DNA of 64,000 nt from Cyanophora paradoxa CCMP329 (GCA_004431415.1 QPMI01000280.1:1-64000); one strand, 5' to 3'; numbered from the stretch's first letter, positions 33,913 to 47,377 are shown. A program made the numbers and translations. The notes: generated by a model from the sequence alone, not told the origin.

Positions 33913-36900
33913 GATCAATTTTTAACGTCCTGGCTCCCCTAAGACGACCGCTCTCCCGTGGGCGTCGTGCGAAATCGAATTTCCCTCTGCATCAATTCCG
34001 GTACTTAACCTCCGACAAACACAGTCCAGGTCCGAAGGTGGGACCCGGTCCCGCCCGGTTCCGCGACGAAACTGCGCCAAGCACGCCCCAGAACGATACA
34101 GAATGCCGCGCGAGGGCGAGCGCATCGCCGCAAGCTCGATTTCGGGCGGCCTCGAGCTCGACGCTCCAGTGCGAAGAGTCGGCCGAAAATTTGATCCAGC
34201 CGGTCCCGCAACGTCCCGCGACGCGCGCAATCGATGCGTACGGACGCGCATAGACATAGCAGGGCCTGCGCACCCCCGAAATCCGCTTTTCGGAGCCGGA
34301 ATAGCGCACGAAGGCTCCGGCGGCAAAAATTCGATCCTGCACAGGCCCCGACATCTTTCCCCGCGCGCACGCCGCGGCGCATGCGCGGAACAATAGTATA
34401 AGTATTTGAGATGTAGACGAAGCATTCTGCACGCTTTGCAGGTGCGCTGGGCCGCGAGGACCCAGCCGACCCCAAAAATTCGATCCTGGGCGGACCTGTG
34501 CATCTTTCCGCGCGCCCTCGCGTGCTCACCCATGCCCATCGCTACCTAGTATTAATTTGAGATCTATACGAAGCCTTCCGCAATCTCTGTGGCGGGGACA
34601 GAGCACGAGAATCCAGCCGACCCTAAAAATCAGATCCTGGCCACGCCTGCACATCTTTCCGCGCGCCGTCGCCTCCGCGCCGCAGCCCTCCGCATTGATG
34701 CTATATGCATTCGAGATTCTGTTTAAGCGGTTCGCAAGCTCTGCGCATGCATATGCGCCTGGCTGCGAACCTCGCCCCTCCCGGGCCTCCGGATCCCCCC
34801 CAACAATTGCAATATATTAATATGAAATTAATCTCCTCTCAATTGCAATCTGCTCCACCAGTTGAAACCAAGCATTACCGGTCCAACTCCTCCCCTAATT
34901 ATAATAAGCTATCGGACCAGCCTGGCAGCATGGCCCGGCAGCCAGCCAGCTGTTCAGCCAGGCCGCTGGCAGTGCGCATGCGCCAAGCCTACCGTGCACG
35001 TGCCTACTCGCCAAGGAGCGCGTCGATCCGCTCCATGCGGCCAGGGCGCCCGGCCTCCCTCCGAACAACATTATATAATTATTCTCCGAGCGATGTAAAT
35101 TAATGTGACTCCAGTAGACTAGAGGCTGTGGCCGGAAATTCACCAAAAACAAAACACTAGGCCTAGGCTGGGGAGTGCTTACTATTAAATATTCCTCCGA
35201 GGCTCGCCGGCGAGTCGCCGGTAGGCAGTACTTACTACCGCGGTAATTTGCTGCTGAGAATTCGAAGTCGCGCCATACAGTACCGTCTGAAATTACTTAA
35301 AAAGCTTCCCCGTACAATTGCAAGCCTCAAAGTTTTAAACCCGCGTTAATTTCGTACTGCGGTATTTCGGTCAGAGGACGCCCATTTTTGAAACCGCGTT
35401 AATTAACGCGCAGTAATTTAGTGCCCGACGGTATTTCAGACTAGCCGACTCGGGCACGACCAGCTATATATAGTGGACCGCCGGACCTGCCGCTGGCTGC
35501 CATGCAATGGCATGCATATCGCCAGCTTCCCAGCTTCCATGCATATCCCTACTGATTCGCCAGCTGGCCAGCTTCCAGCCAGACAGGTCAACGGTCAGAC
35601 AGGTTAAAAAAAGATCTTGAGAACGCGAAAAGGCCATTAACAGAAGATCTTGTCAAATCTTGAATAAAAAAAAGATCTACCGAAACCAAAACGGCGCCAT
35701 TGCCCAATCCACCGTGCATGTACATCGATACATATAGACGAATGGATGCACAGACTAACACAGTCATACACTACTAGTAGTGTAGAGCTTATGCTAGTGT
35801 TGATCGACACATAATCTACCTTCCAATTCACAAAAGATTTTGCGGATCTCACTGATTCAGATCTAGAGTCTTAGCTATAGCGAATCTCGAGATTCTCGAC
35901 GTTCGCGACTCGGCGATGACCGCAAACGCTATAGCTATATATCTCGTACTGACTGCCACTACCAGGGCCCGGCGTTTCTCGCTGTTGCGGCACTACGTAG
36001 CGAGAAATTAAGGACGCGTAGCAGATATTGAAAAACCGCTAGAGGCAAGATCGGAAGCTCGGCGCTTGCGTGCAGCTCAAGCTTGCGTGTAGCTTACGCG
36101 GCTGAGGAAAACCGCGTAGCCCCGGAGCTCCCAGCGCCGCGATTGGCTGCCAGGCTGCTCGCGTAACGCGTAGCTTGCGGCTGTAGCTTAGGCGCGGAAC
36201 CTTAATCTTCAAATTAGGGTTCCGCGCGTAAGCAAAATTGCTTACACTCCGTTACGAAATTACCTTTTCCTTGATATCGCTCTACGTAGCTTAATTCGTA
36301 AGCGCTACGTAAGGCCTTACGCGCAAGGCCGCCATACATTTTGGCGACAGCGAGAAACGGCCCTGCCAGGCCGAGCCTCGGAGGCTGGACCGTCGCACGC
36401 CGCACTGCGGCATTTCGAAAGCGCGAATTCGAAATGCCGCAGTGCCAGCAAGCCTAAGCCGCCAGCTCCAGTTCCCGGCGGCCAGACACTCGCACGCAGT
36501 GCCAGCCGACTCCCGCCTGCAGATCTGGCCAGCAACAACGCTAGCTAGCTACGACTCTTGCACGCCACTGGGCCAGCCTGGCAGTGCTCGCGATCGTGCC
36601 ACGGTGCCGCAGTGCTAGCCTATAGTACCGTATACTAGCCTAGTAGCAACATCGACGCCAGAGCGCGCAAGCAGTAATTGCCAGGGAGCTTAAGCAGACA
36701 GTGCGTGGTCAGGCTGGCCATGGCTAGCGCCCGATCGGGGGCCTGGACAGCTACTAGACTATAGCTAGCTACGAATCTTGCACGTTACCCTAGTACTACG
36801 GTAGTGCTCGTGCTATAGCTAGTCTAGCATACGTACCTGCATGGCCGCCTCATCCCGCAAGCAGTAAGTGGCCAGATTAGCCTATACTAGCAAGATCGGC

Positions 36901-39900
36901 GCCGGATCGCGCGAGCAGTAACTGCCAGGAAGCTTAAGCAGACAGTGCCATGTCAGGCTGGCTAGCACCCGATCATACGTACCTGCATGGCCGCCTGATC
37001 GCGCAAACAGTAAGTGTGACGAGCTTAACCAGACAATGCCAGATTAGGCTGGCTAGCTCGCCGGCTTCACACCAGAATTTACTATCGCCGCGCTGCGCAG
37101 ACCGCGGTCAACGTCAATGTACACGCACGACTGCGTTGACAATTCACCCATACGTACACGTACATATACGTACGTGTTGACAGCGACTCCCTTGAACGTA
37201 TATATATACGTTCAAGGGAGTTGATGTATATTTTTTTTTCAGGATAGCCCAATTCTTGGGCGGTGGTTTTATTCTCAGACCACTGACTTCAACGTATGCA
37301 CTACTGGTTCGGAATGGGCCGAACTCTGGGTCAGCTCATGACCTGTGGCCGGTACACAGGGATAGGCGCTTCGACGCTAACTCTAAGCGTTCAGTGTGGC
37401 CTTGGGGGAGAGCTTGGGCGGGGTGTCCTTCTTGGGCTCGCGTTGGCGGTACGTGGATCAGCGACTACGAGCACCCGAATGAGCTACTGCACGACGTAAT
37501 TGACGCAATCGCAAAGAAGCGGAGTAAATTTCCGCAGTTTCTCGAAGCGCTGAAGGACGCTATCATCGACATGCTGTACAGTGTGTTAATTTCAATTCGA
37601 TTATGTCCATTTCGCCATTAATGCTCTCCGCAGCTCTGTACCAGCCGATGGTGCCATGCGATTGCTGCGGCGTCCGTGACTACATCGACGATCTCTACCC
37701 CGAGACGCACCCGAACATATTGAAGCCCCACGGGATCGACGACGCCGCGATGCGGCGCATTCAGGAGACGGAGGATTACATGCACAAGCTGGAAACCGGA
37801 ACATCGAAACCGCGGAAACCGTTGCTGTGCGCAATGTGCCACAGACATCGCGCAGAGCAAGGTGTCGATATCTGTGGGCTTTCGAAAGAGGTCCGAGTCA
37901 GTCTCTACCACTCTCCAGTATGTTCACTGACTATCCCCGCACAGAACGGCATCCACCCGACACCACCGTCGGAAGATCTCACCCGGGAGGCAGCAGGCCT
38001 CACGTTTCCAGAGGCTGTCGAATGCAGTCCTGCCGTGTCGTTCGTGAACATCGCAACCACGCGCATCGGTCGGCAGCAGGCCGCGCACCCGAAGGTCACC
38101 ATGGTTTACTCGCAGCCCGCCGAGCTCGTTGAATCGATGAAGCCCCTCGCGCCGGGAGACGCTATGATGTACGTGAACATGGAGAAGCCGACGGCGCCCG
38201 GACACGACCGCAAGTTCACGAACTTCTGGGAGTTCAGCACTTCCAAGGTGAGAAGCGTCATGAAGCTGCTCGTCGCGGCCGGCAACAAGTGGTACCAGAA
38301 ATGCGGATTCGACAAGCTCGACGACGCCTACTGGGAGAAGGCCACTGCCGACGCAGAGAACTGGAAAGCGGACCTCGCTGACGAAGAGCAGCACGACCGC
38401 ACCCCTGCACCGCCGCGAGTCGCCCGCAAACGTGGACGCCAGCCTCACGTTCCCGGAACCGGAGAATCGGTGGACCTGACAGCAGTACCGCACGCGGCGA
38501 CGGGAACCGAGTCAGCTACCAGCGACGAGGAGACCGAAGTTTCGGAAGAACCCGAAGTGCACGACGACGTTGGATACGAAATCGCCAGCTCCGGAGCCCG
38601 TCGCCTGTTGACCGACGTAGGAGATCCCGTGTTGAAGCAGTTCATGGAGTCGTCGTTGAAGCTCGCAATGACAGCACGTCCTCCTCTGCCAACGGCAAAG
38701 CCGGAGGTCGGGCCAACACGTGACGCGTCAACAGCAAGGTCGACACGTGACACCGGATCCGAGGACGAAGCCGACGACGCGCCCAGATTCGCCCCTCCCG
38801 ATCTCGTGGACCTCGACAAGCTCGCGCAGATCAACAACAAGGACGTCGACGAGTTCGTGCAGCTTGCACGTGCTACGGCGCACGACGTCGATACAGAGGC
38901 CGCAGTGTACAGCGACCCCACCGGATTCGACATGCCTCAACAGCCGGCAACGCCCGCAGTCGTGCAGTCCGAGTATCACCACAGGCTCGTCGACGTTGCC
39001 ACAGCGTTCGGCGAAGATGTTGCCGAACGTACTCGCACGTTGCCGATCCTCGATCGCGTCCACTTAAATTTCAGCAAGGGTGCAGAGTACTGCACAGCCC
39101 CATTTCCATTTGCGTTTCCAGACGGTGAGCACTGTGCACCGGCACCGTCGTCGATTTGTGATTTCGTGCAGACGGACATTGACCCTTTCTGAACGCAGGC
39201 CGGCACGGACGGATAGGCGACCCTGCAGACCCTCTCGATCAACGCAAAGTACCGCTGTCGATCAGCAAGTACAACAAGTGGTTCCTGCTGTCCGACAAGG
39301 CGCGCGCCCTTGTCGCCGACATCGGATTCTTCTTCGTCCAGGCGACGGATTATCTCAACCTCAAGGCTTACCAGAAGAGCAACTGTGCAATTCAGAGTCT
39401 CGAGCTCGACAAGTTGGAGGCGGCCGGTCACCCGGTGACGGCCGTGCACGTCATGGACCACCTCACCACCGCCGTCGATGACCCCGACGTTACCGTAGAC
39501 TTTGTTAAGCGCCACCTCGTCCGTGCGACGCTGAATGCGGTGAGTCCGCAGCACACCCTTGACAACAATTTGCACATTATTTCCTGACGCGCCCATCTCC
39601 AGGTGCCGGGATCGCACCAGCATCTCGAGACCGGTCACGGCCAGCTCATTGCTGCCGCACAGACGTACGGCCCGCCGCAGATATGGTACACTATGAGCTT
39701 CAACGATCACGGTGACGCGAGTCTGTACAGAGCCATCGACCGCGAGAGGTTCCACAACCAGGCCGCAATCGATGCACTAAGCGCAAACGAGAAGGACGCG
39801 ATCCTGAACTCGGAGTCCGGAATCGTTGTCCGTCACTATCAGCGGCGCTGGAACGCGTTGATCGAGCTGATGTACTCCGAAGGCGCGAGGGCGATGTTCG

Positions 39901-42900
39901 GCGGTTACAAGATGACAGGTCATTTCATCCGTCACGGCGAGCAGCAGCGGCGGACCTTGCATGGGCACCTCATCGGCTGGTGCGAAGGCATGCCTATGTA
40001 CGACACGTGCGAGAAGCAGCACATGAAAGACTACCTCGAATTCTTTGACAGCATCGTCAAGGCGGAGATCCCTCGACCTCCAAAGCCCGACGACCCAGCC
40101 GTCCAGGACAACCTTCACGTGCCGGATGCCCTTCGACATGATTGGGCGACCGCGTTTCTCCGGAAGGTCATCCTCACGTTCAACATTCACCGACACAGCG
40201 GCACGTGCCGCATGACGAAGGCCAAGCAGGCACAGCACTATTCATCTTCCACGCACAAGCGTCACGAAGAGCTCTTCGCCGCTGCAGCGCAGTTCAAGCC
40301 GACTCAGGAGTACACGAACCCGTTGCTGGAAGGATGCCAGCCCATCCACGGCGCTTCCGACAAGGACGCCCAGGAACTTGCCGACCTTGTCAAGAAGCTG
40401 AACAACGCCTGGTGGAGGGCGAGGAAGTGGTGCCGCTTCGGACTGCCAGGCCGCGCGTCCCGATACGCGAGACTCATGTGCGTGCTCAAGTTCTGCGATG
40501 ACGTGCCCCCGGTCGACGCCAGGTCGACGCCAGAGCTCAAGAACGCGCAACGCGGCGACAGGCTACTGGTGCCGATGCGACGCACAGTAGAAAACTTGTT
40601 TGTGGCGCTGTTCAACGAGTGGCTGTCCCGCATTGCGCACTCCAACCTCTTCTTCGATCTCGTCGCGGACTTCGAAGCGATGGGAGCGTACATGTTCAAG
40701 TACGCACTGAAGGTACGCCCGTGCTCACGCGTCCCTGGACAGACGTAGCACGTACTGAAGCTCATTGTGCGCCCGCAGGTCGAACCGCAAGCATTGGAGA
40801 GCATATACGCTGCGCTCGCAAAGGCGGGCGAGAAGGGAGGCACCCTACGGAGCGCGATGGCGAAAGCAATTCGGAAGTCGCTCTCGCACCGCGAACTCGG
40901 CCGGCCGGAGGCAGCTTTCCATATGCTCAACTACCCCATCTGGCACTCGTCGTTTCACGCCCGCACCGTTCCGTGCATCCCTCCGGACAAGCGGACAAGA
41001 CGTTCGTACCAGCGCGGCTTCATGCGACCGATCCGCAACCGCAATCCTGGCGAGACGAAAATATTCGTCAACAACGACATCGACTGGTACATGGAGAGGC
41101 CTGACGACCAGTTCTGGAACGTGATGCTGCTGTACAAGTTTCTGCAATGGTTTGCCGTCGTCGCCAAGAAAGACGGGATTCGAGGCGACAAGATCGACAT
41201 GTCTCCCTTGGCAACAGCCACGTTGGAGACAGGACGAACCGAGCCGCATCACACCGACTCGCAACACGGTGGCGACGAGCCGGAGGATGACGAGGATGAC
41301 GACGACGACCATCCTGACTCAGACGCCCCGGAGTACCCTCAGCGCCAGATCGAACGCGAGCACCGCGAGGAGAAGGCACGGCAGGCCAAGACGTGGGTAT
41401 TGGACCCGCTCTGGCAGCGATGGCTGCGTGAAGACGCTCTGTCGGACGAAGAGTGGCGACAACTACAGAAGACGCCACCGCTCGTGATCCCGGACGGAGA
41501 AAGGTGCATGCCGTGCTTCAACACCGCGAGCGGCAAGAAACAGCTACGGATGCGACGGCAACCCATGCCAGTTGTGATGCCGTTCAACGTCCACTCCGGC
41601 CAAGTTGCCAAGTACGCGCCGCTCCTCTTCTACCACCCGTTCCGCAACGAGTGGACGGACCTGCTCGACATGCCGGCTCGTGCGGAAGTCACTGACGCCA
41701 TCCTCGCGGCGGCAATGACAAAAGCACGGAAGGCAACAATCACGCGCCACGCCTCGGCTGCAAGCGACAACATCCGCGTGCGCATGGAAGAGATCATCAG
41801 CCGGATCACCGACATTCCGAACATGACGGCGACGGGCGCAATCGTGACGGAACACGCGGAGCCCAGCACCATCAGAAACGCAGCGAGCGGCTTGGGAGCG
41901 GGACTGCCAGCGCCATCGTTTCAGCCTGCATCCGTTGAAACCGAACAGGCGGTCCTACGAGCGCATGGTGTCATTCCACCCTCCGCTGAAGCGGGGACCG
42001 GCGGACCGTCCGTTCAGGCGGCCCCACCGTCATCCCGAGCTCCACTCGTGTCGCCCGACAACCTGAAGCCCGAGCAACGCGAAATCTACGACAAGATGGT
42101 GAAATACTTCGAGCTCAGACGCAAAGCGGAAGCGCTGAAGGCAAGAGCTATGCGATACAGGCGCGATGCGGAGGGCGGTCAAGACGTGCCGGAGATTCTG
42201 AAGTGCTGGTACATGCCTGCAGGACCGCGCTTCTTCGTCACAGGAGGAGCGGGGTGCGGAAAGACCGTCCTACTGCGCTGCATCGAACACGCTGCAAACC
42301 AGTACAACGTTGGTGATGCGGGACTGGAGGCCCTCCCTCACGGCCGCTGCACCGTTGCAGCACCGTTCGGTTCCGCAGGCTTCAACGCAGGTGGGGGGAC
42401 CATGCACACGCGCTTCCACCTCCAAACGCACCTCTCCGGCAAGCGCGACCAGATCAAGCACAGCAGCTTCACAATCGACAAGCTGCGACTCGAGCTGCAG
42501 CAAACGTACGTCCTGCAGATCGACGAAATCATGTCCTGCTGGACGAACATCTTCTACTCGTTCAAGACGGCCCTGGAGGACGCCATGTGCGGACGAGAAG
42601 CCGTCGGCGACCCGGAGACTGGCTTGGCGCCGCCACCTCTTCCGCAGTACCAGGTCGGACCCGACGGAAGGACGCCGGTGATGCAACGCTACCCATTCGG
42701 AGGCTTGGCAATCATCACGTACGGGGACGCGGCCCAGGTGCCGCCGGTCATGTCGCAGTCGTTGTGGGAGACATTGTTGCCGGCACGGAAGGACATTACG
42801 ATGCAGAATGACGTCAAGTGGCACACGCCGAACCTGCACACCTTCCCCAGCTACTTCACGGCTCACGTCCTGCCCTCGTCGATGCGGCACCTGGCGGATC

Positions 42901-45019
42901 CAGAACTCGGCCAAATCCTCAACTGGTTTCGAGACGGGGATCCGGACCACGTCGACGACGTCTACCACTACCTTCTCCGCCGGTGCCTGGACCTCAACAA
43001 CGATCTCGGCGACGACAACGAGAATGCCATCCACAACACGCTGACCAAGAACCAAGACCCCACATGGGACGAAGCGTACCACATGTTCCTCACGAACAAA
43101 CTCGCAGAGCAGCACAACGACGCGATGATCCGGCGGCACCACGCGCAGTACCGCGACCCTGTCCTAAAGATCGTCGCCAAGGACACCCATCCCCGCGAGC
43201 ACATCAAGAAGTGCGAGACCGTGGACGCGTATGGCCAGATAATCCCATGCACGAACGAGCAAGGCAGCATCCCACACAAGGTCATGGTGACGCCCGGCAT
43301 CAAGGTCATGCTCAGACAGAACCGCGACACAGACGACGGCCTCCTCAACGGGGCCATCGGACTGATCGCAGGTTACAAATGGCGAGAGCACACGGAGACG
43401 CCCGACTACATCAGTCAGCACGCCGCAGACTTTACGCCCGACACGCCGCTCGTGCTCGAACACGCTGCGCCGGATCTCGTCCAGCACGCGCTCGACACTG
43501 CGGACCGTGCCCCCAAGCCCGAGCCGGAACCGGAACCGGAACCCGAACCCGAGCCAGGACCTTCGGACCGGAAGAAGAGCAAGCCAAAGGTCAGCAAGGA
43601 CAACATCGTACGGGCCGCAGCGGCGGTGACGAGGCAGAAGAAACAGAGCATAGAGGCGAAGGTGGAGCACCTCCCGCATCCGCACCTCATGCCCCCGATG
43701 ACGTACTACATCTACTTCCACGATGACCGCGTCGGCCGGCGTGCAATCACGGAACGCTGCCAGCTCCCCGACGGTCGAATCGTCGATGCCGTCGAAATCA
43801 ACGTCGAGCCCAGAAATGCCGGTGAGCCGCTGCATCTGTCATCACGATCGTCAACGGAGATCCGCTTCCCTCTCGAGATTGACTACCTTCTGCCGGTCCC
43901 ATTGCGCAGACCACGAGGACGAAATCGCCGGCGGGGCAGGAGGCACGCACAACGTCAGGATAGGCCCGCCGTTCCGCGTCGCCTACGGCACGACGGTCTA
44001 CAAGGCTCAAGGGCACACCCTGAAGCGTGCAATCGCCGACGTGCGGGGCATGAACAGCAGGGACTACACGCACCGACAGCAGCTGTACGTCATGCTCAGC
44101 CGCCCGCGCGAGGGAGCGCACTTCTTCATCGCGAACGCCTCGCTCCTGCAACGGTACGAGCTGCTGCACGTGATTCAGAACGTCAACCCCGACCTGCAAG
44201 CCGCCATCAAGGACCAGAAGGCCGAGAGCGCAGAATTCGCGCGGCTCCGGCAAGACGATCCGAAAACGCACGCAAGAATGTGGGGCCACAAGCTGCAGTA
44301 TCTGCGCTGGATCGAGGACAGCACCGCGCCGCACGGTCAGCGACTCGTCAACGCCGTCGCGATGGAATGCGAGCCAGGCGACTGGGGCCAAGTCGAACAG
44401 TTCCAGTGCGAGTTCGAAAAGGCGGAGGCCGAGTTCAAGAACAAGCGCTTCGTCGACACGATGCCGAAGCGCGTTTCCGCGGCGGCACGCAAGCGTTAAG
44501 TGCGTTACTTCATGCAGATCTAGATGCATTCTGATCATAACTCCCACTGACGTATTTTTGTGTGCAGAAAGAAATAACGCGGTGCATCTACGGGACCTGC
44601 ATGCACGTGCAGCCAGACTGCCCGTCGATCATGCCCGCGTTTCTAGGTAGAATTTCGTCCAATTACATGTGTTTCTATACGTTCGCTCGCTCGGCCAGTT
44701 ACACGCATCTGCATAACTCGGCCAGCTGCATGCATCTGCCACTTCCTCGTAGCTGCACGTTAATGATTGCGATCATGCCCTGGGCCGTCCCCCGTCCCTG
44801 TGCTTGCAGATTGAAAGTTCTTGTCCAATCAACTCCAATAAATATTACGTGTGTACTCGCTAGGCTGGACTCGCTCCTCAACTGTCTCGCTCCCTTGCGC
44901 GTACGGGCCAGCCCGGCGGCCCAGCTATATATACGCTAGCCAGCCAGCCAACTGTGACAGCCCTGACGGCGTCCTCGAGGCTTCGCCGTACTTAGTGCTC
45001 CGCAGGAGCACGGATCTTG
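33913..45019 (+). mobile_element. Autonomous-type Helitron (Helitron2-like), 5' end probably missing
   Basis: Contains a RepHel gene and ends with hairpin GTGCTCC-GCA-GGAGCAC (44995-45011) then CTTG|T (45016-45020). The left part is homologous to the 29093-31037 element. Confidence 0.85.
37603..44499 (+). CDS. Helitron RepHel (HUH Y2 Rep + Pif1-like SF1 helicase), spliced; introns 39125-39198, 39540-39602, 40713-40778, 43822-43909; start uncertain
   Basis: Rep motifs: GPPQIWYTMS, EQQRRTLHGHLIGW, YMFKYALK, RELGRPEA. Helicase motifs: TGGAGCGKT, IDEI, GDAAQVPPV, VMLRQNRDTDDGLLNG, AYGTTVYKAQG, YVMLSR. Four GT-AG introns join the track ORFs in frame. Confidence 0.9.
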
Positions 45020-45096
45020 TAAGGGTCGTTCCAGTAAGCGCCATGTCTTATGTTTAAAATACGAAAAGAAATTTTTAATTTACATTATTAAACAGA

Positions 45097-45999
45097 ATGA
45101 CGCGTTACTATCTTAATATTGATTCCCGGGATCGGGATGATGGAACCCCCACAAACTATTCATACAAACTTCCCCATGCAATCCAAAATGTTAAAGCATG
45201 TCGTGTTACCAATTTCGAAATGTTCAATAACATTTACAATCTCAGCGAAAATGGAGCGCTCGTAACCTCTACACTCGATGGACAAGGAGCAACCAAAACT
45301 AAATCAAACACAATTTCAAAAGGGGCATACACAGCAGAGAGTTTGGTGAATTATCTAAATGCTCTACTGTTATCCCAGACATACAGTGCATCGGGAACTA
45401 CATATACCCGTCATTTCAATGTGTCTTATGACTCTACCACAATGAAACTAAGGATTATTGGCGAAGCAACATTTACTATACGTTTCGGTAGTCGGATTTT
45501 AGCCAATTTCTTAGGTTTCCCGGATCCATCAATTAATGGCTCGGGTTTAGGTTATCCATCCACACCTCTTGGTTCACCCGTTACTGTTGGTGGTTTTACT
45601 TATAATCATTACCTCGACAGTGTCATACCACTCGATCTTCTGTTTAATTCTTACATCCTTCTACATGTCGATCCACTCAAAGGCAACTACGTAAGCAAGA
45701 ATACCAGCGATGATAAAACCTTAGCTAAAATTGAGATTGACCAGACCGTAGGTAGTCTCCTAAAATATGATTCTACCAATAACTCTATGATCATTCATGA
45801 GCAAAACGGATTAGTGGAAGTTGAGACGCTTAAAGTGCGTTTGACGTATTGGAATGGTAACGAAACGGACATTACCACGGATTGGTCAATGACCTTAGAA
45901 CTGATCACTGAAGATGAAAAGGATCTAACGAAAGCAGCATTGAAAAACGTCGTTAGAGATTTGGAAAACGTCTATTTACCATTTGGTCGTAATATGTAA
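45097..45999 (+). CDS. Minor capsid (penton-like single jelly-roll) protein
   Basis: N-terminal YLNIDSRDRD...NYSYKLP..IQNV and C-terminal YILLHVD...LAKI...LKVRLTYWNG...DWSMTLEL resemble PLV/NCLDV pentons. The 300-aa ORF is intact. Confidence 0.75.
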   Translation: MTRYYLNIDSRDRDDGTPTNYSYKLPHAIQNVKACRVTNFEMFNNIYNLSENGALVTSTLDGQGATKTKSNTISKGAYTAESLVNYLNALLLSQTYSASGTTYTRHFNVSYDSTTMKLRIIGEATFTIRFGSRILANFLGFPDPSINGSGLGYPSTPLGSPVTVGGFTYNHYLDSVIPLDLLFNSYILLHVDPLKGNYVSKNTSDDKTLAKIEIDQTVGSLLKYDSTNNSMIIHEQNGLVEVETLKVRLTYWNGNETDITTDWSMTLELITEDEKDLTKAALKNVVRDLENVYLPFGRNM

Positions 46000-46031
46000 T
46001 ATTGCTGAATAATTTTGTGGGGTTATTTCAA

Positions 46032-46778
46032 ATGGCTCGTAAGACACAACCCAAGAATTTCTTAGCAAAACCCGTCGAACAAGCGGAACCGGAACGGAAG
46101 CATTACAAGAAATCGAAAGGAACCGCAGCGTTTGGAACCGCTGATATCGAAAAGAATATTAATAATATGATTAATTCCCATGCTGTGGCGCCAGTAGACG
46201 ACATTAACGATGGTAACGCCCTTGTTGAGCAAGTGCCGCTAAATCGTATGCCCGGTGCAAAGCGTGGGATCAAAAAGGGGCAGTTCAACAGTTCCACCGT
46301 TGATGCCGTTAACAAGAAGTCTACTCTTCTTAAACTTCTCGATGGCGGTGAACGTCTGTATTCCACGTATTCGGAAAAAGACCACCGTAACCGTTACTTT
46401 ATCAGAGCAACCACTGGTGGACTGAAAACGATCACATACAAACACGCTAAAAGTCTCATTGAGGGAATCGCTGATGAGACACAAAAAGAGAAGAAGATAA
46501 CAGAGCAACCGATAACCAAAGAGAAGGTAGACAAGAAACCAAATGTTACGTTTGATGTCCTACCGGATCCGATCAAAGAGGAGAAACACACACCGACGGA
46601 ATTAATCGCTAAGACGATCGATTACCAAGAATCCAATAAAACGGATTTACCAGTGCTTAACAAATCAATCCTCCGGGTTGCTACATCGCAATCCGACCCG
46701 CTTAACTCCATTCCAAATGCAGCGCCGATGCTTTCCGGATTCGCTAAATTGGGTCTCCGCCCAGGCTATCGCCGTTAA
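46032..46778 (+). CDS. Conserved hypothetical viral protein (248 aa, Lys-rich)
   Basis: Intact ORF from ATG 46032 (MARKTQPK), with a close homolog at 17038-17494. Confidence 0.8.
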   Translation: MARKTQPKNFLAKPVEQAEPERKHYKKSKGTAAFGTADIEKNINNMINSHAVAPVDDINDGNALVEQVPLNRMPGAKRGIKKGQFNSSTVDAVNKKSTLLKLLDGGERLYSTYSEKDHRNRYFIRATTGGLKTITYKHAKSLIEGIADETQKEKKITEQPITKEKVDKKPNVTFDVLPDPIKEEKHTPTELIAKTIDYQESNKTDLPVLNKSILRVATSQSDPLNSIPNAAPMLSGFAKLGLRPGYRR

Positions 46779-47153
46779 GCGACGGCTCACGCATCATTCT
46801 CACGTTAAAATTTTCTTTTCAAAGAATAGCGCAATACCCTCCATTCCGAAAGTTTGCGCTCACGTTTACTTATTTTTATAAGTGGCGTTGTAGGAAAGTT
46901 GTGAAACATTCTATGTTTTTCACTTTTTAATCACCTTTTCTACGGGGTTCATTCGTAGAATCGAGGAAGCGAAGACGGCACGCAAGCGAGCCTTAGCGAT
47001 GCTCTTTCGGCTTATTTTTCCGGCATCTTCTTATTATCGATGCGCAGCGCTCCAATGCATAGGGGCAAAAAATGACAGCTTTTTAAAGCGGTCTTATATC
47101 AAAGAAGAAAACCACTTAAAGATTTCTTGCTATATAGTAACAGTGATATACCA

Positions 47154-47370
47154 ATGACGACCAGCGCAGCCCAGAAGCGTGCGAATGCGAATTACCGGGC
47201 GACCGGTAAAGGTAAAATTGCCCTCCAAAAGAATAAGGACAAAATGCTATCGGTCGTTAAAGATCGTTCAAGCAAGCCACCGGGCATATTCCAATAATGC
47301 GATTTGTTTCGTGAAGTTCTTGATTGGCGTTCCCTACAATAATGTGGGTCGCCCATCGAAATATATCTAA
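47154..47370 (+). pseudogene. Frameshifted homolog of the 16418-16672 small basic protein
   Basis: MTTSAAQKRANANYRATGKG is in one frame and NAICFVKFLIGVPYNNVGRPSKYI is in another. Confidence 0.75.
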
Positions 47371-47377
47371 GTCTTTT

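Noticed and set aside
34800-37180. Captured host gene inside the Helitron
   Set aside because: It holds only short ORFs and low-complexity CTAG/GCCAG-rich repeats, with no supportable coding signal.
37618-44547. Long antisense and alternate-frame ORFs over RepHel, the GC-rich Gypsy and 50864-52048
   Set aside because: These are shadow ORFs expected in GC-rich coding DNA, with no recognisable motifs.
46880-46960. Pol III (VA-RNA or tRNA-like) gene with A and B boxes
   Set aside because: The box matches are poor and internal T-runs would terminate Pol III. It is kept only as a conserved non-coding block.
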